Under the pieces are notes generated by a model, which had not been told where the DNA came from, made no database searches, and worked only from the letters and a program-made list of their open reading frames with translations. Below are positions 55,541 to 64,000 of a stretch of DNA of 64,000 nucleotides, one piece after another (positions within the stretch are counted from its first letter, which is position 1; every line of letters starts with the position of its first letter). Made by a program: the position numbers and the translations under genes. This stretch comes from Paraspadella gotoi (Eukaryota > Animalia > Chaetognatha): assembly GCA_051294375.1 (NCBI GenBank), contig CM119264.1, forward strand, positions 1,533,923 to 1,597,922, written 5' to 3'.

Positions 55541-55930
55541 TAATAAATTAAATTAGTAGAAAACGTTTGAAATTTTTTATTTATTTAATTGAAATTTTTT
55601 TATTAAGATTTAAGTTTGTGGAAACCTTTTTTGTCCTTTTAAACCAATGCTACAAATATTTTTATTATTTATATTATTATATTATTATTTTTATTATTAT
55701 TATTATGCATGCTACAAATATTTTTATTGCAAAATTTGATATCATATTTCTAAAGTAACAAGTATTTTGTCATCATATAATAACATTATTTTGAAACATG
55801 ATGCCAGCATCTCTGGGCCAGTTGCATTTTGCCCGGAAACTGTCAGATGCCTTGAGAGCCTGACCGAGGAAAATGAAGGCTAAAGAGGTAACTGGGTTTT
55901 AGTACCACGAAAAACGGAGCACGCATCTAA

Positions 55931-56033
<103 letters not shown>

Positions 56034-56309
56034 TGATCTTAGAGATTTTATTCAAGAAGAAAAGAAAAAAAAAGAGGAAAAAAAACGGTTTCGCGTAAAA
56101 ATTGGTTAATGGAGCAAAAAAATATCGGAAATATCAATTATCGATCAAGTTTTTAACGAAGCTCAAATTACTAAAAAAAAGTATTAGCTAATTAAGGAGA
56201 GAAAAAATTTAATTACGTATAAAGTACGTGAAAGAAGTTGGGGGAAAAGCGGCTCAAGTTATCGCACACTACAGTGTAATACATTTATCAGAAATCTGTC
56301 ATTTTAGCA

Positions 56310-56568
56310 TTAAAAAGACAAGGAAACGACTTGAGATGGCATGGAAAAGACAAGGAAGCGACTAGAGTTGGCATGGAAAATATAAGGAAGCGACTTGAGA
56401 TGGCATGGAAAAGATAAGGAAGCGACTTGAGACGGCATGAAAAAGATAAGGAAGCGACTTGAGATGGCATGGAAAAGATAAGGAAGCGACTAGAGTTGGC
56501 ATGGAAAATATAAGGAAGCGACTAGAGTTGGCATGGAAAATATAAGGAAGCGACTAGAGTTGGCATGG
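56310..56568. repeat. 32-bp minisatellite, ~8 units, two variants
   Basis: GACTTGAGATGGCATGGAAAAGATAAGGAAGC and GACTAGAGTTGGCATGGAAAATATAAGGAAGC; unit starts at 56328 and 56360. Confidence 0.9.
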
Positions 56569-56801
56569 ACCAGGCATGGTGGAATTGGTGGATACGTGAC
56601 CATTCCGTGTCAAAACTGAAAAGAGGAAATTGAAAGAAGAACCGAAAGACAAATCTGAGGACAAAGAGTAAAAAAACAAAGAATAAAAGGAAGATAAAAA
56701 AAAACAAAAAAAGAAACAATGAGGTTAACAACCACACACCAGGGTTGTGGAGCTGGCCATTTTTTCTCCAGCTCCANNNNNNNNNNNNNNNNNNNNNNNN
56801 N

Positions 56802-57480
56802 AAATAGAGACGAGATCCGCGCAATCAAAGCCTTGCTTCTCTTCGCTGGCATGAGTTTGCTCATGTGAAGATACTGACGCCAAGTATCATTGAATGTCCT
56901 CTTTGCGCAGAAAGCTATACACTTTTTGTCCACTTGAGGACCACGTTCTCGTCTCTGCAGCACTTTGGTAGGAGATCACGTAACCTTTGGGCCATGTCTC
57001 ATGGAGATTTGGCTGTCAGGATCAAGTCGTCGACATAAACGAAGAAAACTTTTAACGTCTGTGCCCAAAGTCCTGGAAGATTATCGTCGCAGGATGGCTT
57101 GGAGGACGTTGACGCTGTTCTAAACCCCGTTGTCTTACGTATTGTCGGCAAACCTATCCCATTGGCAGCTTATTGCATCACTCAGTTGTGGGCCAGGCCT
57201 CCGGCGAAGGTTGTTAGCGGGTTTGCAGCGGCTCGTGAGATTGCACCTGGGTTGAAGCAGGCCAAGATGTCGACTGAGGCATGAAGTTCATAGCGTGTTT
57301 GTTATTGCTCCAGTATGGTATGCAATTGTTTGATGTTCAGTTGCCAATAGGTGGACGATTATTATTATTGACTGCCGAGAGGTCGCATATCAAACGCTGC
57401 CATTGTTTTGCAATGGTTTCGTCGTTCATGTCTGGTCTTGGCCCTCGCGAGTATGTCCAGGTTTTTTTATTAGGAAAGGC
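56802..57480 (-). pseudogene. Reverse transcriptase domain of the LTR element (frameshifted, truncated by gap)
   Basis: YVDD is encoded by the reverse complement of GTCGTCGACATA (57026-57037) in the context FFVYVDDLILTA. Upstream QRLICDLSAVN (~57368-57402) and a GL.NS.N.LQAI-like segment (~57090-57130) are present; a KKC..F-like motif follows (~56905-56930). Confidence 0.85.
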
Positions 57481-58379
57481 GTTCGAAAGTAAGCCTTCAT
57501 TTCTTGTTCTAGAGACTATGCCAGCTTTCCTCGTAAACCTCCAGAATAGCCTTTTGAGGGCGGCCTTCTTGACGGGTCCTGATTTGCAAACTTTGGTTTT
57601 GGGAGATCATCGTCGGTGTAGCCTAGGTCGACCTTGTAATTGAGAAACGCCTTCGGCTTGGCAGTCGTTGATGGACTTCGCCGAACACATCCGCTGTATA
57701 TCCGCAGACTGATGTCCGCCATACGAGTTGGTGCTTTTTCCTTTTAAAGGCTTGGATCGACGTCTTTAATGGCTTTAAAAAGCTTTCCTCTGCGCTCGGT
57801 CGTCAAATGTTTTTTGTTTTCCTCCTTTGACTATTGGGCCTCGTTCTACTTGACTCCAATTCCTCAGCAACTCGGTTTTCGTTGACCTTGGTCGTGGCAT
57901 CGCGGATATGGTCCTTTCGAACGCTTCCTTAGCAGCGGCTCTTTTCCTGTCAAATCCCCCGTACCGCGTTCGACGCGTGTCTCGGGTCTCGAGGCATAAA
58001 CCCGCTTTGGGCTTCATTGGTGATCAGGGGGCGTCAGTTCCCCAGTGGCCAGGGTCGGCCTCGCAGTTTCGGATCCCTTCTTTCAGTTGATCGCCGTCCG
58101 CGTGTATCTTTGTCATCATTTCTCCGCCCGATGATCCACCTTGTCTGGTCAAGGTTTTCCAGTATGCCCTGTTAGAAGTTAGCCTTGTTTTTCCATCTCG
58201 ATCTTTTCAAGCATGAATTGGTAAGGCAGTTTGTTCGTCGATGCTTCCTCGCGCTAGCCATCTTGCTGCTTTTAAAGCTTATTTTGTTACCAAAACAGGT
58301 GCGTTATGGGTTTGTTATCCATGACGCAATTTGGCAAATTTTGCCTTTATCGGACCGGTTGGACTACCCAAAGCTGGTC

Positions 58380-58690
58380 AGGGGGGCCCTGGGTTTGTGA
58401 TGGCAATTCCGATGATTATGTCTTGGTCATTTTCGTCGGCCGAGACATAAAAAACAGTGCGTAAAACCCAGCATTGAAACATCACCCTTAGGTTAATCCT
58501 TTCAGTCAGGTGATTGTTCCAGTGGCCGTTGATAACCGCAGTGGCGTTCCGTGATACACGTGATTCGACAAGCCCCATTTTTCTACGAATTTCCTCGGTA
58601 GCAGTGTTGATGGAGGCGCCTGCGTCATACAAACAACCTGGCTGGGCGCTCCCGCGATTACCGCTGGGATGTAACTGTTTCTGCCCGAGT
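58380..58690 (-). pseudogene. Retropepsin-like aspartic protease domain of the LTR element (frameshifted)
   Basis: Overlapping ORFs 58378..58788 and 58506..58742 combine to IPAVIAG..CLYDAGASINT..TAVING..FYVSADENDQDIIIG, matching the retropepsin D(T/S)GA motif and the C-terminal 'dilLG' motif. Confidence 0.7.
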
Positions 58691-58799
58691 GGCAGGCGAG
58701 ATTCGTGTCGTCTTCTAGGTTCTGGTCCAGGTCCTTCCTCAATCGAGTTGGTGGATTCTTTCCGGTAAGCCAGGCATGTCGATTTCATCTCGGCCAGTC

Positions 58800-61110
58800 T
58801 CCGGCTTCGCCTTCGGAGGAGGGAAGATTTCGGTTGATGGCATTCGAGCTCTATTCGCCTGATTGTGGCCTGATGGAGGGATTCTCCAGTTGTTCGCCCG
58901 GCTATTATACGATAAGTAGGAGTTTTTTTGCTGCCGGTCGGGTCGTAAACTTTCTCAGCCTAATTTTTTCCGTATGCGTTTTTCTGGGTTTGGTCTGTTG
59001 TTTTGTTTTGGATGAGGGTAAGCCTTGGGAGGGCGCCAAAAGATTGGTTGGCTGGTCGGTATTGACTGATCAGTGGCCTTGTTGAGCCAACTTTGATTGA
59101 TTTGACTGGTTGACTGATTCGTCGAGTTGTTCGGTCGATTGGTTGGTTGATTGGCTGATTGGTTGATTGTATTTCAAGTGATTGGTTAGGCTGATTTGCG
59201 ACGGCGTCGTTACGTTTTGCTCGCCTCATTAGCTTGGCGCAGGCCCTTTGACCTTGATATGATAGCCATTTTCCGGCTGTGTCCGTGAGAAGGCCATTCT
59301 TTCCATCCCATTTTGTGGAGAAATTTGTTAGCCAGAGAGCGAGTTCGTTGGCGTCAAGAGGTCTAAGCAGTTATACATTCGTGATGCTGTTGATTTTCCT
59401 CTTAGCCTATTCGCTGTGTCTGCTAATTCTTTTTATTTTTCCCCTGAGACAGGCGTCAACGTTTCGGTATTAATCGACATTACCTTCTCACCAAGCTCCT
59501 TGTAAGAGTTCTTTAGCTGTTGTTCTTTAGCTTTCTCGACTTTTTTTAATTTTGTTTACAACGCAGTTGTAGTAGAATTCATTTTTATTTTCGTCAATAT
59601 CAGAAGCAGAAATCAATATCAATATCTCGAGTTAAGTCTACGATGTCCCTTCTTTTTTTCCAAAATAATGGCTTTTTCTCCCCTCCTTTTTCGCGCCAGC
59701 CTTTTGCTTTTGTCGCTTTTCCAGTCGCGGTTTTTGAAAGGTTTCCTTTCTGTCCCTGTAGGGCTGTGTCGTTCTCGACGCTCGAAGCGATCCTCTCGAT
59801 CAGATTGGCGTCCGGTCCTCCCTAACTCCTTCTTAAGCTCCTTCATCATTTCGCTCATGTTGTTCATTTCTTGCAACATTGAGCCTTGATAAAACGCTGT
59901 TGCACTGGCGTCTGGGTCCTTGTCGGTTTGTCCTTTCTGAACAGGGCGTTCACTAATTTTTCTTTGTCGTCTTCCGATACGGTTTTTACGACCTTCCTGA
60001 CGGCGACCGTCGGCGTTTTCTTGAGGTAGCCCCTCAATTTGTATTCTATGCCTTCCGAGGCGGGCGAGTTTCGCCTTTGTTCCAGCATCGTCGTCATTCC
60101 AGTGTTTCCGACGTGATCCCGGGGACATAAGGTTCCAGGGCCTCTACAAGCATTTGCGCCACGTAGTCGGGGATGGAGCCCTGTCCTTCTCCTTACCGCT
60201 CGAAGTTTTCTTAGCGGCGTTGACGAGCGCCAATCCGTATTTGGCATGCACTGAGGGTCCACCTCGATATTTGCTTCTGTGAGGGCTTCAGCGATGCCTC
60301 ACGGTGATCCTTCGCAGAGTGCTCTCAGCCCTAGCCACATGGACTGGCTTATGGCTCGACATAGCGGCTGGCGACCTTGTCCCTGGCGAGGAGGGCGCGC
60401 AGTTGCTGGTCGACTTATCCGGCGTTGGTGAGTCCTTAAACGCTTCATAGAAGCTGCGGAGAAAGTCGGCAGGGGATTCGTCCAGATCTCCTTTTCTCGA
60501 AGCTTGATTGGTTGCTCGGCTGGGTGTAAGAGGCGGGTCGCTCCTCCCCGCTTTCTGACGGCGTTCGTCTCTGGAGCTTTGACAAGGTTTCACTGACGGC
60601 TTGTCTAAAAAGTTTTCACCGAGAGGTGATCCGGACGAGCGGCTTCGCGGAGATCAGGGTATAATCCTGATGGTGTGGCTTGGGCGCGAGACAAGCCCAT
60701 GGGCCTCTCGTTGACATCCCGGTGATTATTGTGCTGACTTGGGTCATCATTTGCTGCATCATTCGCGGAGGTCATCGATTTTCGATCCAAGGTTTGCTTC
60801 GCAGTCTTTGACGCGATTTTTTAATATGGCAATCTTTGCTTGTTTTGTTGGTTGACGTCGTTGATTACTTTGAGCACCTGGCGGGTCACCTCCGCCTGGT
60901 CGTTGCCAATGGCAGTGTTCCTGCAGGTAACCGTTGAGTTCAAACTTGTAGAACTCGTGGTCTGCTGCGGTGCTGACTACCGTCTTTGTCCAGCGCGGCG
61001 CCCGTGGTTGGCGTCGCGGACCCCTTTTCCATCCCACTTTAGCGCGTGGATTGTTGGGGGGGTGGGTGTGTCATTTTCTTTAAGGGTGGCGTGGTCCTTA
61101 GGTGGGGTAA
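58800..61110 (-). pseudogene. gag-like region of the LTR element (fragmented)
   Basis: Lies between the PBS and the protease. Several overlapping minus-strand ORF pieces, including an ESPADFLRSFYEAF motif resembling the Gypsy capsid 'ESv.dF..RL' motif and a coiled-coil-like MLQEMNNMSEMMKELKKEL. I could not read a clear CCHC knuckle. Confidence 0.55.
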
Positions 61111-61141
61111 GGCGAGTTCCTCTTCGTGGAGACGTGGTGTG

Positions 61142-61162
61142 TCGAATCCACTCCTGTCACCA
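61142..61162 (-). promoter_or_regulatory. Primer-binding site complementary to the 3' end of a tRNA-Leu
   Basis: Plus strand TCGAATCCACTCCTGTCACCA resembles the 3' end of metazoan tRNA-Leu (..TCGAATCCCACTCCTGACA-CCA), with one C missing and one substitution. The minus strand reads TGGTGACAGGAGTGGATTCGA just after the LTR. Confidence 0.8.
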
Positions 61163-61165
61163 CAA

Positions 61166-61481
61166 TTTAGTAAGTAGACAGGGATTTCTTGGAGCGAAAC
61201 CAAGTGGAATTTTATTCTTCGAAAATAACGATAAACAAGACGGTGTTGCAATTTCCAAGCAGAGTGAATCAATACAGAATTCGGTTCCCTTTTATACAGC
61301 CCAAACGGGATCGGAGGTAAGGGTAAAATTTCCCGGCCATTTGTTCATTGGCCGGTGCCATGTGTCTTTCAGCCAATAGAATGTTCCATTGTATTTCCGA
61401 TCGATCCGTTGATTTCCGATCCGTTGATCCGATCCGTTGATCCGATTTTAATTCTGGAGTCTTGATTCATCTGCGATGACA
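61166..61481 (-). repeat. Putative 5' LTR (~315 bp)
   Basis: Lies directly upstream of the PBS and starts with TG on the minus strand. In transcriptional order it contains short GATCCGTT repeats (61400-61446), CCAAT (~61347-61351), TATAAAA (~61291-61297) and AATAAA (~61211-61216). The partner LTR is not in the window, so the boundaries are inferred. Confidence 0.7.
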
Positions 61482-62799
61482 GTATAGAAATCGTTTATTT
61501 TTCGTATAGTAATATCCTTATAAATTTCTAAAATTAAAATTGGTATTTTAAAAATTTTTCGGATTTGTCAGAAAAAAATAAAAAACTCTTATAAACATAT
61601 CGTTTTATCACCATGTGGCGGGTATATTTCAATGAATATTATTATATAATATATTAATATTTATCAATATATCAACCGTCCTCACGTCCATCAATCCTTC
61701 AGCCAAAATCCATATGTTCAGAGGGGAACACCCAACCAGGGTCAAGTGTTCCATCCATGATATCATGATATATTTTTTAGCTCCAGAGCTTTTTATAACT
61801 GCATAGATCATTTATTTTTTAAAATTAATCTACTTAACCTTGTTCATATTACTTTTTTAATTTGATCTTAATAATAATTTATTGAATTAAATAGCAACCA
61901 TTTGTGTTCTGGCTTAATGATTCAATCGCTTACAACTTCAAATAATAAATTTAAATATCAAATTAATAGCATATTTGATAAATTTTTATATTATTTTTAA
62001 TATTGTTTATTTCTTTTTATTAATGCACTTATTTCTATACAAAATAATTGAAATAATTTGTTATCTATTCAAAATATTTTTTTACATAATTTTAATAAAT
62101 TTTATTTTAAAGGTAAAAAAACTATCTAAAAATTAAAAAAGTGAAAAATAATGGACTCATTTAAATTTGAATGTTCTGCAAACAAAAATTTAATAAAAAT
62201 TGAATTCGAAATATACGTATCATAAATGTAAGAATTATCTTTGACATTGTTATCTCAGAAATAACATTAATAAAAAGTTCTGCACAATATGTAAAAGTTA
62301 AACTAGACTGTACCATTTGGGACACACTTGTAGTTACTATTTCCACGAGTAAAATTTTGACCTTTTTTATTCGCAATTTTGACACTTGGAAGACAAAAAA
62401 AATTATGATAACATGTTTTATATTTTTGGTCAATTTTTTACAAAAATCTGAACATTTAATAAAAATTATTAAAGAAATTTATTTTGAAAAATTTCTTATT
62501 ATATTAAAGATAATACTATAAATATATTGCATTGCCATAAATACACTGTCTAAGAAAGTTATTTTTAGGTAATACTTGGCAGACTGGTAAAGTCTATTAC
62601 TAAATGCTTCTTAGTGTATGTGTTTCGATACTTGTGTAGCTCAGGTTGACACATACTGTCATATAGTGTAGGCTGGAACCCGCAACTCCAGTATATTTCT
62701 TGAAATGTCTGGTTGTTGAAATGAAACTTTACATACGTAGTGATCAACCATAAAAACTTTTTTAAAAATTAATTTTTATCATGTGATCACATTGGAAAT

Positions 62800-62855
62800 A
62801 CACATGAAAAGAAAATCACTGTGGCGCAAAACATTGGATAGATCGTTTCTTGTTT
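62800..62855 (+). mobile_element. Family A 3'-end fragment
   Basis: AAGAAAATCACTGTGGCGCAAAACATTGGATAGATCGTTTCTTGTTT aligns with 2610-2654 AAGAAAGTCACTGCGGCGCAACACATTGGATGAACCGATCTTGTTT. Confidence 0.6.
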
Positions 62856-64000
62856 TTGTTTCATGCCAACAAATTATTTTGAAAAGGAGAAAAAGGAAAA
62901 TTTTTAAACTTTAGATGTAAGTCTTCATTAGCACAAAAAATAATAATAATAAATAATAAATCATTTGTGAAAAATTTTTGACAATTATAAGGTTTTGCGT
63001 GCTGTGAAAAAAGTGGGGAAAAAAGGGAGAAGAGAGAGAGAGAGGTTCCAAAAAAAATTAAGAAAAAAGACAGTGGAGCTTAAAACAGGTTTAAGAATAA
63101 GTACTAAAGAGTGAGGGAAAAGAAAAGAGAGATAGTTGAGTATAAATTAATAATATATTAACGCAATTTTAAGTTTGCAAACATTTTATTATTTAAATAA
63201 TAAATTTGTAAATAGTAACAATAAACTGCATTAAAGAGAAGAGAGTTAGTAAAAAACATAGAGAAGAAAGAGCTGGCCCCCCAGCTTCTGGACAAAGGAA
63301 TAGCAGTGACGATGTGACCGGGTCATTGGCATGTCATAGGTCATTGGAATCTGAGTCCCAGACTTTATGGACCTCTGGAAAAATGCCTTGGGCTACTTCA
63401 ACTTGACCCTGCGATATTGTCTTGCCGGCTCCCTCTTCTTTGCCTTAAGACAAGGCGGGCAAAAGTTCTGTCATATAGGTTCCTGGCATTGGAGCGGAGA
63501 CCTTCTCTAACTGTAGCCGCCTTTTATGTCGGTCGGTGGGTCAGATGGATAACGGTAAGGTTAAGGTAAAAGACCTTTAACGTGCATAAGTATCCTACTT
63601 TTCATGATCACCTTAAAAGGTTGATCACATGACACAGAATTCAATGCAGCAAAACTCATGAAATACTGAGCCTAAACTAGATAGTAAATGCCTTGATAAA
63701 AAATATTTTAAAATATAAAATTAAATCTCTTAGATAAATCAATTATTTTATAATAAAGAAAAGACTAAACTATTAATTATATGGGAGTAAACGATGTATC
63801 TCTTACTCTCTATACTCTCTTATAGCTCCTTGTCTACATTTAAAGTACAAATCGTGTTGCTCATACTATTAAATATTAAAAAATACATAATTATTAATAA
63901 TAAATGAATTATCAAATTGATTTCATACATAATTAATTAACATTATTATTTATTTAAATATAAGGCAAATAAAATAAGTTATAAATATAGCTCAAATTAA

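Larger units (their letters stand above)
56802..61481 (-). mobile_element. LTR retrotransposon, Ty3/Gypsy-like (5' LTR-PBS-gag-PR-RT), 3' part lost at an assembly gap
   Basis: GC-richer 4.7-kb block. On the minus strand it has an LTR beginning TGTCATCG at 61481, a PBS at 61142-61162, a gag-like segment (DLDESPADFLRSFYEAF), a protease motif (CLYDAGASIN), and RT motifs (QRLICDLSAVN; SVDILACFN, across a frameshift; FFVYVDDLIL). PR directly precedes RT with no intervening integrase, which excludes a Copia arrangement. It ends at the 25-N gap 56777-56801. Confidence 0.88.

Noticed and set aside
61142-61162. tRNA gene
   Set aside because: Only the 3' ~21 nt including an encoded CCA are present, next to an LTR; this is a PBS, not a tRNA gene.

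Overview
Eukaryotic, most likely invertebrate animal, draft-assembly sequence that is very rich in microsatellites and has many N gaps. I could not identify any host protein-coding gene, and nearly all ORFs in the supplied track are translations of simple repeats. Supportable content: (1) a frameshifted non-LTR retrotransposon ORF2 (APE endonuclease + reverse transcriptase) on the minus strand at ~3.6-6.4 kb; (2) the 5' two-thirds of a Ty3/Gypsy-type LTR retrotransposon on the minus strand at ~56.8-61.5 kb (5' LTR, tRNA-Leu PBS, gag-like region, protease, RT with YVDD), cut by a gap; (3) a ~13-15 kb near-tandem duplication (13.4-26.2 kb vs 26.3-41.4 kb) plus smaller direct and inverted duplications, each abutting a gap of exactly 25 N, which points to long-read gap-filling or haplotype artefacts; (4) a multi-copy short non-autonomous element family with an internal (GTCG)n microsatellite (HINE/Helentron-like), a MITE-like element, several minisatellites including a ~41-bp array with one CCAAT box per unit, and a few regulatory motif clusters. 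I did not find evidence for a clearly new biological system; the best leads are the element families, the CCAAT-box array and the unusual layout of the LTR element.
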